DNA of 64,000 nt from Thermodesulfobacteriota bacterium (GCA_965215275.1 OZ244044.1:1376001-1440000); one strand, 5' to 3'; positions 49,396 to 60,069 are shown, counted from the stretch's first letter. Numbers and translations: made by a program. Notes: generated from the sequence alone by a model not told the origin.

Positions 49396-50553
49396 ATGTT
49401 AACGAGGACTTTTCAATTTTTCGGCTTATTACTTTTATTTCTGACGATCTTTTTTATATGCTCGTATAAAAATTCATACGGAGAGACCGTCAGTGCAGAT
49501 AAGATAGTTGTTAAGGACTACACGTGGTATTCCTCAAGCGTTGGTTCGCGGGGAATTCTGAGAGATATAACGCTTATAAATAAAAGTAACAAGACCTTTA
49601 AGAATATTGACATAGTGATCGATCTGTATTCCAGAAATGACGTCCCGCTCGGTTCTGTAACGAGCACGGTCGAAGGCACGCTCTCACCTGGGGAAGAGAA
49701 AACTTTTAAAAGGATTAAATTCGGGCTGATGCACGCAGATGTTCAGAAGTCTGTAGCCAGGGTGGCAAGGGCTGAGATAGTTAAGACCACGTCTGACATT
49801 TTGCCGGAAGAACTGATCCTGGTAAAGGGCTGGAAATGGCTAGGTAATCAGTTTGGAACTGAAGGGATACTTAAAGAGATAACGATCGAGAATACCAGCA
49901 ATAAAGACTATAAGAACATCAAGCTCAGTATCGTCAATAATCTTGGCAGAAAAACGGACACGAGCGGCAGAGAGCGGCATGTTACCAGTGTTGTTATCCG
50001 TGACGCTCTGCTGGCAAATTCAACTTCAACTTATACGAACGTCAACGTGGGGTTTATACATCCCGACTCTAAAAGTTTTAATATCTATGTTTCCGATGCC
50101 GAGAAAATAACTGAGAAAGAAGTCAGATATATGGTGCAGGAAAAACGGAAAAAGGATAAATATGAGATAACGGCAAGGGAACAGAGCGGAGATACTTATA
50201 AAGATGAGGATTACGTTGCAGGTGATGATGAGATAGCAATTCCCAAATATGATATTCAGGTAAAGGATTTTAAATGGGGAAGCGGTATCCTTGGTTCACA
50301 AGGGATTATCAGAGAGTTAACGCTCAGGAATACAAGTGGATTTGCTTACTCACCAATTGACTTTGAGGTTGAATTCCTCTCTTCCACGGGAATAATCCTT
50401 GCGTCAAACAGTTTCACGCTTACGCAGGTTCTCCCACCTCGTTCAACAAAAACCTACAGGAACATAAAGTTAGGCGTGATCGTGGTTTTTCCCAGCGAAA
50501 AGAACATGAGAATCACGGTTAAGAATGCAGCACCAAAGGAACGTGCTGAATAG
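49396..50553 (+). CDS. Exported protein with three repeated beta-rich (FxLYD-like) domains
   Basis: Signal/TM; three repeats of VK.(Y/W/F).W.....G..GI..E(D)(I/L)T(L/I).N.S. Confidence 0.75.
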   Translation: MLTRTFQFFGLLLLFLTIFFICSYKNSYGETVSADKIVVKDYTWYSSSVGSRGILRDITLINKSNKTFKNIDIVIDLYSRNDVPLGSVTSTVEGTLSPGEEKTFKRIKFGLMHADVQKSVARVARAEIVKTTSDILPEELILVKGWKWLGNQFGTEGILKEITIENTSNKDYKNIKLSIVNNLGRKTDTSGRERHVTSVVIRDALLANSTSTYTNVNVGFIHPDSKSFNIYVSDAEKITEKEVRYMVQEKRKKDKYEITAREQSGDTYKDEDYVAGDDEIAIPKYDIQVKDFKWGSGILGSQGIIRELTLRNTSGFAYSPIDFEVEFLSSTGIILASNSFTLTQVLPPRSTKTYRNIKLGVIVVFPSEKNMRITVKNAAPKERAE

Positions 50554-50591
50554 TTTCTACTCTGGTCTGAACTGTGTTGTTGCTTTTGTGA

Positions 50592-50816
50592 TCAGTTAAG
50601 TCCGTTAATTAAAGAAGAAGCATCTTCTATTATTCCGCCAAGTTCTTCTTTGAAAGCGTTTACTCCGTCCAAAGGTACCACTATTGAGGAGCGGCCCCCG
50701 CTTCGCTCGGTTATTCTTAAATATTTGCCCTTTTGATTTTCTTTTATATCAAAAAAGAATCTCTTTTGTTCAATATCGACCTGCCTGCTTGCAAGTGTTT
50801 TTTCATTTCTTTCCAT
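50592..50816 (-). CDS. PUR-domain ssDNA/RNA-binding protein (Pur-alpha-like)
   Basis: KRFFFDIKEN.KGKYLRITE....RSSIVVP; GGAGTGAGG RBS. Confidence 0.82.
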   Translation of the reverse strand: MERNEKTLASRQVDIEQKRFFFDIKENQKGKYLRITERSGGRSSIVVPLDGVNAFKEELGGIIEDASSLINGLN

Positions 50817-51341
50817 TACTGTGTTTTCACCTCACTCCATTTTTCCAACTACGGATTTTAAAATGGTAACCTTATAAGGTAAAAAATCAAGAGATGTAAG
50901 GAGAGCAGTGAAAATAATAAGTGCAGGTAAACCTGGTTTGTGCACAGTGCAGTATAAAGGAACCGTTAACTTAAACTGATTTTATTTCTCATATTCTGTT
51001 TTGAAGGTTAGTTGATGAAGTGGTAATTCCTTCTGGACCTCGTTCGCAGGTCAGATATGATCTGTCATTAATGAACGAACCCACATGCAGTGATCATACG
51101 GTTCTGAATAAGTTAAGTCTCAAACCGTGTCTCCAGGAATACGTAGAGGAGAGAAGTTAAGTTCAATGAAACTTAGTGAATTTATTGAAATAATAAAGAA
51201 AGAGAACTAAATAACTTTATCGTGAGGTGAATAACAGTTATATAGTATATAGATGGTAGTAGTGTTTTTATATAATATAATATTTGACAAGAGATAGTAT
51301 AATGTGATATACAATAATATTAAGAATAAGTTGGAGGAGAA

Positions 51342-52565
51342 ATGATGAAAAAGATTTTCGTTTTACTGTTAATGTTTACTTTGTTTGTTGCCGTTTCGTG
51401 TGATGACGACGAAGGCGTGCAAGGTGTAATAAGTTTACAGGATTTAAACAGTTATCAGATCCATCCTCTTGATGCAGATGGGAATGAGGTGGATGTAACG
51501 GATTTGAGTGAGTACAACAAAGGTGATGATGCACTTATCTTTGGGAAATTTGCAACTGTTCTGGACGACAGCAATTCAGGTTGGGCTGCCTATAGATATA
51601 CGTCTGATCCTACCGCTACTGGTGGTGTAACTGATGATGCTACTGATGCTACTGATTGTGATGCTGCCTATAAGGTTTCGTACTTCGAAAGGGCGGCACA
51701 AACAGAAAATATTAATCGTTTCGTAGGTGGAGGAATGTGTCTTGATTCTGGTAGTAACAGTAACACAGACGCTAGAGTTGAAAACCTGCGAGATTTGGTT
51801 GATGGTTATGTGGATGAGATAAGCACAGGAGGAACTGAAGCTATTGCTGATGGTGATGATGATACAATGGTAGATAATCATATTACGGCGGCCTGTACAA
51901 CTTATACGGATATACCAAATATACCAAGCTTAGGTTTGAATGACGAAATGGATGAGTTATACCTGTTTGTAGCGGAGTTAGTAGAAGGAGATGGTACAGC
52001 AGAAGCAGCAGCATTTTCAGTAAACATTGAATGTCATCCTAATGCAGATCTAGTTGATACAGATGCCTATGGACTTACAGATGATTATGGAAGGGCATTT
52101 ATAAAAGAAGTGGTAGATGAGTTAAGTAGTTTAGAACCCAATGATGGTACAAATTCTAATGATCAAGCGTTGATAGATGAAGGTGTCTGGAATGTATATG
52201 CATTTCCAAAACTTAATCAACCTGACACTTTATCTGATCCACCTAAACTCAGTTATTTCAGGATAGTTAATGATGTTGGTGCAAACGATAGAGACTTTAT
52301 AGTAGGGGCGGGGATCTATCTGGATAAAGATAACCCCAATGTCGACCCCAATAGCCTCACTAGGCTTGAAGTGATTAGAAACAGGGTTATCAATGCTGCT
52401 GGGCTCTTATTAGACGGAGAGGGCGAAAATGGTGCATTACCCGATATGTTTTTTGAGGACGAACCTGATACCGAGCCCGACGACCCCGACGATTTCTATT
52501 CGACGGTTGTAGATGCCACTACCGCAGTTCCTCAGGAATTCATTTTTGTCTGGGAAAGTCAGTAG
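51342..52565 (+). CDS. Highly acidic lipoprotein with probable Cache-like domains
   Basis: Lipobox AVSC; YLFV...HP...L.......D.YG..FI...KLSY...IVGAGIY; an earlier KVSY...VGGGM copy. Confidence 0.65.
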   Translation: MMKKIFVLLLMFTLFVAVSCDDDEGVQGVISLQDLNSYQIHPLDADGNEVDVTDLSEYNKGDDALIFGKFATVLDDSNSGWAAYRYTSDPTATGGVTDDATDATDCDAAYKVSYFERAAQTENINRFVGGGMCLDSGSNSNTDARVENLRDLVDGYVDEISTGGTEAIADGDDDTMVDNHITAACTTYTDIPNIPSLGLNDEMDELYLFVAELVEGDGTAEAAAFSVNIECHPNADLVDTDAYGLTDDYGRAFIKEVVDELSSLEPNDGTNSNDQALIDEGVWNVYAFPKLNQPDTLSDPPKLSYFRIVNDVGANDRDFIVGAGIYLDKDNPNVDPNSLTRLEVIRNRVINAAGLLLDGEGENGALPDMFFEDEPDTEPDDPDDFYSTVVDATTAVPQEFIFVWESQ

Positions 52566-53145
52566 TTCTTGGTAGTTTTTCATTCTCGAGCGATCAGCAA
52601 GAGATGATGTGACGGATGTATTATAAGAATGTAAACAGGGTTGATTGAGCGTCATACTGATGGTCGGTTAACCCTGTTTTTTTGTTTCGTGTGTGAATAT
52701 GTTTAATATCTATGAACTTATGGACGGTTCTGGCAAAAAGAGCACATACAATGTTTGTATTATGTATCAGAAGCAGTAAAGGAATTGAAGAGAGGTGCTG
52801 ATACTCTTGAAGTGCATACGGAGTTAAGAAAGGTTCTGGATAATAAGAATTAACGTGGCCGTCAGACATTTTGTTGTCTCTTACAGCAGGTTCATTAATG
52901 CTTTAAAGCGGATTAAAGGTAGACTTGGACAGAAAATCATTATCTGAAAAGGCCACCATAAAAGACCCTAGGCATTAAGAGCAGACATCCGCTAAATAAT
53001 TTCATCACTGAAGTCGTGCAGGTCTTTATTTAGGTGACATTACCACGGTGACCCTTCCCGACCTTTATGATAAGCGTGTGGTATTCATTAAGAACAGTGC
53101 AGTCTTCATATAATTCCATAATTTGTGAGGCGATATATTTGCACA

Positions 53146-53589
53146 ATGGCCAGAATTAAAGTCAAGTTACCTGATAGTTTTATCTTCACTACTGAAGTTC
53201 CGATCAGAATAGGGGACATTAATTATGGAGGGCATCTAGGTCATGACGTTTTTCTACCCATAGCACATGAATCCAGGATCAGATTTTTTGCTGAAATGTG
53301 TTATGATGAAATGAACCTGGGAGGTTATGGCATTATCCTTGCCGGAGCCACGATAGAATATATAAAAGAGTCGTTCTATGGAGACAGCATTGTTGTTAAC
53401 TTAGGAGTGAATAATTTTCACAAATGTGGGTTTGATATTGTTTATCAGTTATTAAGTAAGAAAAACAAAGCAGAAATAGGCAGAGTAATAACGGCACTGG
53501 TCCTCTACGACTATAGAGTTAGAAAAGTGGTTAGACTGCCAGGCCAGGTCATTCAGAGTATCAATAATTTCAAACCAAACCAAGTTTGA
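53146..53589 (+). CDS. Thioesterase (4HBT/FcbC hotdog family)
   Basis: IRIGDINYGGHLGH, HESR, FYGD. Confidence 0.88.
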   Translation: MARIKVKLPDSFIFTTEVPIRIGDINYGGHLGHDVFLPIAHESRIRFFAEMCYDEMNLGGYGIILAGATIEYIKESFYGDSIVVNLGVNNFHKCGFDIVYQLLSKKNKAEIGRVITALVLYDYRVRKVVRLPGQVIQSINNFKPNQV

Positions 53590-53594
53590 CCATC

Positions 53595-55280
53595 CTACTC
53601 TTTGTCTTCAGATAGTTTGATCGCTATGTATAAAGTGTTCTTTCCTCGTTTTATCAGGAAAAGGGACGGTTTATCTTTTGTTTTTATGACATGGCCTATA
53701 ATATCATTGTAGTCTTTTATGTTTGATACGTTCTTTTTATCTATGCTGATTATGATATCTCCTCTCTTGAATCCGGCATCATGAGCTCTGCTTCCTCTTT
53801 CCACGCTTGTAACTATGATCCCGCTTTTATGTTCCAGATTGAACCTTCTTGTAATGTTAGGAGTGATCTCCATGACTTTCATTCCCAGTTCGGTGTTTGC
53901 TTTCTCTTTATCCGTGGACCGGCCACCATCTTCCAGTTTTCCCAGTTTTACTTTTACGTTTATTTCCTTACCATCCCTTATGATAGTTAAAGTAACGTCA
54001 CTGTCCGGTTTTGCAGCACCGACCAATCTTGTCAGATCGGAAAAATCTTCTATATTTTTACCGTTGAACTTTGTAACGACGTCCTTTCCCTTCAGTCCTG
54101 CTTTTGAAGCAGGGCTGGGAGAACTCACTTCTGATATCAAAGCTCCTTTACTGTTTTTTATTCCAAGACTTTCTGCAATTTCCGGGGTTATTTCCTGAAT
54201 TACTACACCCAACCAGCCCCTTATGACCTCACCACTGTTCTTTAGCTGATCAATGATCCCGGACGCCAGGTCTATCGGGATAGAAAAGCCTATACCCTGG
54301 CCCCTGGCCGCAATTGCAGTATTAACCCCTATGACCTCTCCATTCAGGTTAAAGAGCGGACCTCCGCTGTTCCCGGGATTCAAGGATGCGTCTGTTTGTA
54401 TAAAATCATCGTAAGCCCCAAGTCCCAAAGACCTGCCAGTGGCACTGACTATGCCTGCGGTTACCGTGTAGCCTAATCCAAACGGATTTCCTATGGCAAT
54501 TACCCAGTCGCCAATCCTAACGTCCTCCGAGGTACCGAATTTGACCGTTTCAAGCTTCTGATCGGGATCTATCTTCAGTACGGCCAGGTCAGTTTTTGGA
54601 TCCTTCCCTACAATCTCGGCGTTGTATTTCGTACCGTCTTCAAGGATCACGTCGATATCTTCCGCTTGGGCCACAACGTGGTTGTTAGTTACAACGTAAC
54701 CATCTTCAGTTACGATAAATCCTGATCCTAACCCCTGTCTTTTAAATTCTCTTTTTTGTGGTACGTTGTCAAAAAAATGCTTGAAGAAATCTTCCAGCGT
54801 ATCTCCTCTGTATTGAAGGTTTGGCCTCTGGAAGTATCCCTTCTGCTTTATAACGTTTGTCGTGCTTATGTTAACAACGCTTGGTTTAAGCACTTCAACA
54901 AGGTCCCCAAAAGATGGGAGTTCATTGTTTCTGGTTACAGGTAGTGGCTGGCTTATATATTGCTTTTGCTGTTCGTTTACTGTTTTGGGTTCGGGAGTTC
55001 CGGTATCTTTTACCTCCAAAGCCCGCTGGTTTATATTTTGCTGCTTGTTTACTGTTTTAGGCTGCTTGCTTACTTCTTTGGGTTTTTCACTTACTGTTTT
55101 GGGCTGTTCGCTTACTGCTTTTTGAGGCTTGTTTTCTAAGTCTTTTTCCTTACTTGTTTGATGCGTTTGAGATGTTTTTTCCTTTTCTTCAGTATGTTGT
55201 AGATCTTCGGCTTTTTTGCATGATGTTCCAAAAGACAGGAACAAAACTCCCACTATAAAAAAAACAAACAATCTATTCAT
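53595..55280 (-). CDS. degQ: Do/DegQ serine endoprotease, lipoprotein with low-complexity N-linker
   Basis: GSGF, TNNHV, DLAV, NPGNSGGPL, two PDZ domains; lipobox GTSC; GGAGG RBS before ATG 55280. Confidence 0.93.
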   Translation of the reverse strand: MNRLFVFFIVGVLFLSFGTSCKKAEDLQHTEEKEKTSQTHQTSKEKDLENKPQKAVSEQPKTVSEKPKEVSKQPKTVNKQQNINQRALEVKDTGTPEPKTVNEQQKQYISQPLPVTRNNELPSFGDLVEVLKPSVVNISTTNVIKQKGYFQRPNLQYRGDTLEDFFKHFFDNVPQKREFKRQGLGSGFIVTEDGYVVTNNHVVAQAEDIDVILEDGTKYNAEIVGKDPKTDLAVLKIDPDQKLETVKFGTSEDVRIGDWVIAIGNPFGLGYTVTAGIVSATGRSLGLGAYDDFIQTDASLNPGNSGGPLFNLNGEVIGVNTAIAARGQGIGFSIPIDLASGIIDQLKNSGEVIRGWLGVVIQEITPEIAESLGIKNSKGALISEVSSPSPASKAGLKGKDVVTKFNGKNIEDFSDLTRLVGAAKPDSDVTLTIIRDGKEINVKVKLGKLEDGGRSTDKEKANTELGMKVMEITPNITRRFNLEHKSGIIVTSVERGSRAHDAGFKRGDIIISIDKKNVSNIKDYNDIIGHVIKTKDKPSLFLIKRGKNTLYIAIKLSEDKE

Positions 55281-55400
55281 TAAATAACCTCCTGCTGTTT
55301 GAACGGTCTGAAAGCAGTTCAACCTGTACGTTATCATATCAGATAACGTATTATGTCTTCTGCTATAATGTATCAAATTTTAATCAGAAATCTGCACTCT

Positions 55401-55940
55401 TCAAGTATGACTTTTTATTGTACTGACTATTTCATCTGCTGCTTTCTGTGATGTTAACTTACTTGATCTAACTGTAAAATCTGCTTTTTCGTACAGCTCT
55501 TTTCTCTCGGCAAACAGTCTTTTGACCTCACCCAGAGGGTTCTTTACGTTAAGCAAAGGTCTTTTCTTGTTATGTCTTATTCTTTTCCAGATAATGTCCA
55601 GTTCCATTTGCAGATAAATCGTTGTTCCATTAGCGTTCATCAGTTCCCAGTTTAATTGAGAAAGAACAACGCCCCCGCCGGTTGAAACTACGTATTGGCC
55701 TTTTGTATTAGATACTTCGTTCAGACACTCCGATTCTATATCTCTGAACAGTCCTTCACCACTTTCTGAAAATATCTGTTTAATGGTTTTTTTAGACCTG
55801 TTTTCTATAAAAGCATCCAGGTCGACGAAATGGCAAGCCAGCTTCTTTGCCAGAATTTTTCCAACTGTGGTTTTACCTGACCCCATAAAGCCTATAAGGT
55901 ATATTTTGTTAAAGTTATTCAACTTGCGAGTATACTTCAA
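55401..55940 (-). CDS. aroK: Shikimate kinase
   Basis: GFMGSGKTT, GE..FR..E, STGGG, RPLL. Confidence 0.95.
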   Translation of the reverse strand: MKYTRKLNNFNKIYLIGFMGSGKTTVGKILAKKLACHFVDLDAFIENRSKKTIKQIFSESGEGLFRDIESECLNEVSNTKGQYVVSTGGGVVLSQLNWELMNANGTTIYLQMELDIIWKRIRHNKKRPLLNVKNPLGEVKRLFAERKELYEKADFTVRSSKLTSQKAADEIVSTIKSHT

Positions 55941-56536
55941 TCCGGATCGGCTTTAAGCAGTTTTTCAATGTATTTTCCCAGTATATCGCATTCTATATTG
56001 GCCTTACTTCCGACCTCAAGCTGGTTTATAGTGGTTTCCGCCTGAGTATGCGGGATTATGTTGACCGAAAATCTGCTGCCGGATACTTTATTTATGGTGA
56101 GACTGATCCCATCTACTGCAACGGAACCTTTTTCAACCAGGTATCTTCCGAGCTTATCGGCTGCTTTAAACCAGAACTCAACCGATTCTCCTACAGGTTC
56201 TATCTCCAGAACTTCAGCCATCCCGTCGACGTGACCGTTTACAATATGTCCCCCTAATCTGCTTTCCATTTTCAGTGCTCTTTCCAGGTTAACCCTGCTG
56301 CCGGGTTCCAGGTTTGACAGATTTGTTCTGCTCAGGGTCTCATGTGAAGCATCCACCGTAAAACTTATTTCATCAAACGACACCACCGTAAGGCAGACTC
56401 CGTTAACTGCGATGCTCTCTCCGATGACGATGGTATCTGTATCGATCTTGTTTACCGCAATGGTGTAGGTATTTTCCTTTACACCTTTGTGTATATGATT
56501 AATCTTTCCTATATCTTCAATTATTCCTGTAAACAT
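55937..56536 (-). CDS. ribE: Riboflavin synthase
   Basis: MFTGIIE, NGVCLT, NLERA, GGHIVNGHVD, DGISLT. Confidence 0.96.
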   Translation of the reverse strand: MFTGIIEDIGKINHIHKGVKENTYTIAVNKIDTDTIVIGESIAVNGVCLTVVSFDEISFTVDASHETLSRTNLSNLEPGSRVNLERALKMESRLGGHIVNGHVDGMAEVLEIEPVGESVEFWFKAADKLGRYLVEKGSVAVDGISLTINKVSGSRFSVNIIPHTQAETTINQLEVGSKANIECDILGKYIEKLLKADPD

Positions 56537-57023
56537 CGGTATGCTGGTCGTTAAAAAATATACCTATAACTATCACTATGATCGCCCCAATGGTTATTGC
56601 ACTGTCTGAAACGTTAAACGGAGGCCACTGAAGAGATGGGTTATTAAACCAGTGAATATCTATAAAGTCGGTCACGTAGCCCTGGCGAAATCTGTCAATG
56701 GAATTTCCAACGGCACCGGATAATATCAACGAAAGTCCCACTAAAAAGGTTTTATTACCGCTGCTGGTGCCTTTGATCAATATAGTTATTCCGACCACTG
56801 CTGCAATGAAGACGGAGATAAAGAACGGTAGCTTGAATGCCGGCGGAATGTTTTGCAGCATTCCGAACGCAACGCCGCTGTTCCTTATATGAGTCAGGCT
56901 CAGTATCGGTAAAACGTCAAAGCCTCCATAAAGAGGTATATAGACCGTTACCAGGTACTTTGATACCTGATCCATTATAACAATGGCCGTACAGATAAGG
57001 AATGTCAGTAAATACTTGTTCAT
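56517..57023 (-). CDS. lspA: Lipoprotein signal peptidase II
   Basis: DQVSK, NSGVAFG, GAVGNSIDR, VTDFI, FNVSD. Confidence 0.95.
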   Translation of the reverse strand: MNKYLLTFLICTAIVIMDQVSKYLVTVYIPLYGGFDVLPILSLTHIRNSGVAFGMLQNIPPAFKLPFFISVFIAAVVGITILIKGTSSGNKTFLVGLSLILSGAVGNSIDRFRQGYVTDFIDIHWFNNPSLQWPPFNVSDSAITIGAIIVIVIGIFFNDQHTDVYRNN

Positions 57024-59263
57024 TTAAGCTCCTGCTCTGGCTGATCGTTAATTTTCCACCGTGCTCTTTCTATAAAATCCCTGGCATACTGCTCGTAACG
57101 CTGATCTGGGGAAATGTCTATAATACTTTCAAACGTCCTGACCGTTCCCTGATAATCTCCCAAGGAATAATAGGATATACCAAGCATCTTGAGATTATCA
57201 AGCTGAACTCTCAGTGAGGGCAACTTGCCACCGCTGCTGTTTGCTACTTTAAGATTATCAAGTGCTCTTTTGTAATCTCCTCGCTCGAAATACATTCTGC
57301 CAAGAAGGTAGTAGGCAGGATAGTAAGAGCTGTGGTTTTTGTTTATTTCCTTCATGATCACAAACCTGTCAAAGCTGTTCTTTGTGGTCAGGTAGTTAAT
57401 GAACGATCTTCTGATATCTTTGTTAAATCGGACCAGGTCCAGTTTCAGGTCGATCTCCCTTCTAACGTTATCAGGCAGAGGGAGGTTTACCAGTTTTTTA
57501 AAATGTGAATACGTAAGACGGTCGAGATCTTTTTCCGTCCACAGGGTATTGAGCTTTAAGTTGAGAATGATATTGGCATCTACCTCGGTCAGTCCTTTTT
57601 TTGTATCAAGGTCTAAAAGGTTCTTATAGTCTTTATTATAGTAATAAGAGTATGCCAGAAACACTAAAGCGTTTGAGTCTCCGCTCATATCGTGAACCTG
57701 TTTAAACCTGATCGACGCACCGTGGAAATCTCCATTTTTATATTCCTTGATCCCCTTAGCAAAAAGCTCATCTGTTTTTCGCAAGCAAACGTTTTGAGAT
57801 ACAGTTTTTCCGGAAAATCTGTCCTCTAACAGTTTCCTTTCGCTTTCAGTGAACTTTATATCGTTGTGAAGGAATTTCACCCATGAAGCGATCAGCTGAT
57901 CGGTACTTTTACCATATACTTCGGGATCGCCCGTCCGATAGTATTTTTTAAAATTTTCAATACCGGAAAGATCTATCAGGTATCTGCAGTAAGATCCCAT
58001 CAGGGCATAACTTACCGATTGAGGATAGTACCAGAACCTGATATCAAGGAAGCTTTTCAGCTTTTTGGACAGCTTTTTATCTGAAATCAGGAATTTTGCA
58101 GACCTATGCATATCTAATCCGTTTACCGGCCAGTCGGCGGCAACTGCTATTCCTTCTGTCAGACCCATTTTGGGGCTGATCTTCGTCAGGTCCGACCCAA
58201 GTTCTGAGGATATTACGTGAACGAGTTCATGTCTTAAGCTCTTTATCGGGAACGACGTGTAAACCTGATGTATCTCTTTATGAATGGGGTTGGCAAAAGC
58301 TGCTCCGAAGGACCCGATGTATTTCTTTCTTGATCCCTTGTCAGGATATAAATATGACCTGACCTTGTAGTTCAGGTCCACTTCCAGGTAGCTGCTTACC
58401 TCCTTGTATCTCCATTCATGATCGTCGGCTATTAGTTTGATATGTTTTGCCGCTTTTGACCCAGGTGCATAGTGAATTAAGAAATGGTCCGTCTCATAAG
58501 TTTCCGAAAGAAGGTTTTGTTTTATATACTCTCTTGAATATTTAAGTCCGAAATCCTCCTGCTTGAAGTAAGTAAAGGTAAGCAGACCCATTATAGATAT
58601 GGAAGTAAGCGTGAGGAAAAGGTTCAACTTCCTTTTATTTAGTTCGTTGATCATTAAAACCAGGGTAAAAACAAAAAAAGCCCACAGCAGAACGGCAGCC
58701 CTGTAAATTACTAACGATGATGTTATTGGAATGCTTTTATCATAAAGGGAACCGGGAAAATAACCGATCACCGCGTTGTAAAAGAATATATGTACCTGTC
58801 CGTAAAACGTCCACAGTGAATATATTATTACTGAGATCAGGATCAAAGACCCTGCTATGAACCCTCTTCGTTTAAAAAGCCTGCCGGACAGTACTCCGAT
58901 GGAAGTTGAAAATATACAGGTGACCAGTGGGATCAGGAGATAGAATGCAATTCCTACTCCGATGTCACAGTCTTTTTTATAAAAAGAACTTATCAGTCCG
59001 ATCAGGAAATTGATCAGCAAAAGTGGAAAATTGACCAGGATCGGTTTTGTTAAAAGTTCGTTCTGGTTTGCAGAAGGGCTGAGCCCGTAACAGGTGGAAT
59101 TAGTTATCTCCACGCTTATAAACATACATATGAACGACAGCAGGAAAGCGGAAACGGCTGCATATTCATATCCCAGAACTCCAGTTAACGGAAAAAACGT
59201 CAAAGCTATGGAAAAAAGAACGACGGTTATAAGTAAGGCTGTGTATTTTTTCCTGTTGGTCAT
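57020..59263 (-). CDS. Multi-TM membrane protein with HExxH zincin-like domain and C-terminal TPRs
   Basis: About seven N-terminal TM segments, LRHELVH...EGIAVA, TPR-like helices (AYYLLGRMY..GDY..A). Confidence 0.75.
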   Translation of the reverse strand: MTNRKKYTALLITVVLFSIALTFFPLTGVLGYEYAAVSAFLLSFICMFISVEITNSTCYGLSPSANQNELLTKPILVNFPLLLINFLIGLISSFYKKDCDIGVGIAFYLLIPLVTCIFSTSIGVLSGRLFKRRGFIAGSLILISVIIYSLWTFYGQVHIFFYNAVIGYFPGSLYDKSIPITSSLVIYRAAVLLWAFFVFTLVLMINELNKRKLNLFLTLTSISIMGLLTFTYFKQEDFGLKYSREYIKQNLLSETYETDHFLIHYAPGSKAAKHIKLIADDHEWRYKEVSSYLEVDLNYKVRSYLYPDKGSRKKYIGSFGAAFANPIHKEIHQVYTSFPIKSLRHELVHVISSELGSDLTKISPKMGLTEGIAVAADWPVNGLDMHRSAKFLISDKKLSKKLKSFLDIRFWYYPQSVSYALMGSYCRYLIDLSGIENFKKYYRTGDPEVYGKSTDQLIASWVKFLHNDIKFTESERKLLEDRFSGKTVSQNVCLRKTDELFAKGIKEYKNGDFHGASIRFKQVHDMSGDSNALVFLAYSYYYNKDYKNLLDLDTKKGLTEVDANIILNLKLNTLWTEKDLDRLTYSHFKKLVNLPLPDNVRREIDLKLDLVRFNKDIRRSFINYLTTKNSFDRFVIMKEINKNHSSYYPAYYLLGRMYFERGDYKRALDNLKVANSSGGKLPSLRVQLDNLKMLGISYYSLGDYQGTVRTFESIIDISPDQRYEQYARDFIERARWKINDQPEQELK

Positions 59264-59319
59264 TGGATAAGCGGTCAGAATACGTGTAAGACAGGTATCA
59301 TTACTGATAATATTTTCAT

Positions 59320-60069
59320 CTAATTATAAAGCGTCGTTTTATCATATAAAAGCGGAAGGACCTCACCAGCCTTGGCCTGGATCGATATATCGCAAATGCC
59401 GGTGTTAAAGGTCTTTTCCAGGTTTATCTCTATGACTTTTTTGCCGGATTGCTTGGCCATTAATCCCATTGATGCCGCTGGTTCCACGATCCCTGACGTT
59501 CCGATAATGATAATGAGAGCAGATTCCTCGATCGCAAAAAGCGCAGAGTCGATCACCTCCATGGGTATGATCTCTCCAAACCATACTACGTTTGGCCGCA
59601 TTATCACTTCGCATTTTCTGCATCTTGGAGGCAGCTCGGTCAAAGGGGTCTCATAGTTCTTGATCACCAAGCCACATTTTTCACACTTGATCTCCCAGAT
59701 GTTTCCGTGAATCTCAATTATATTCTGGCTTCCCGCCACCTGGTGTAAACCATCGATGTTCTGAGTTATCAAGGTGAATCTTTCTTTTGTTCTTTCAATT
59801 TCAGAAAGTGCGAAATGACCTTGATTTGGTTTGGCTTTGTCAATGATCTCTCGTCTTTGATCGTACCATTTCCAGACGTGCACGGGATCATTTTTGAACG
59901 CCTGCGGAGTTGCAACGGTCTCAGGGTTGACCTCGTTCCATGTTCCATCCGTACCTCTGAAGGTCGGTATGCCGCTTTCAGCAGATATTCCAGCTCCTGT
60001 AAGTACGGTTATCCTGTCAGAACCGTCTATTATTTCCCTGGCTCTGAGAAGTAATTCATTATCGATCAT
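59320..60069 (-). CDS. cobB: NAD-dependent protein deacylase (sirtuin)
   Basis: GAGISAESGIPTFR, TQNIDGLH, HG, RPNVVWFGE, GTS. Confidence 0.95.
   Translation of the reverse strand: MIDNELLLRAREIIDGSDRITVLTGAGISAESGIPTFRGTDGTWNEVNPETVATPQAFKNDPVHVWKWYDQRREIIDKAKPNQGHFALSEIERTKERFTLITQNIDGLHQVAGSQNIIEIHGNIWEIKCEKCGLVIKNYETPLTELPPRCRKCEVIMRPNVVWFGEIIPMEVIDSALFAIEESALIIIIGTSGIVEPAASMGLMAKQSGKKVIEINLEKTFNTGICDISIQAKAGEVLPLLYDKTTLYN

Noticed and set aside
52621..52869. 82-aa minus-strand ORF
   Set aside because: No RBS or motif and atypical composition; treated as intergenic
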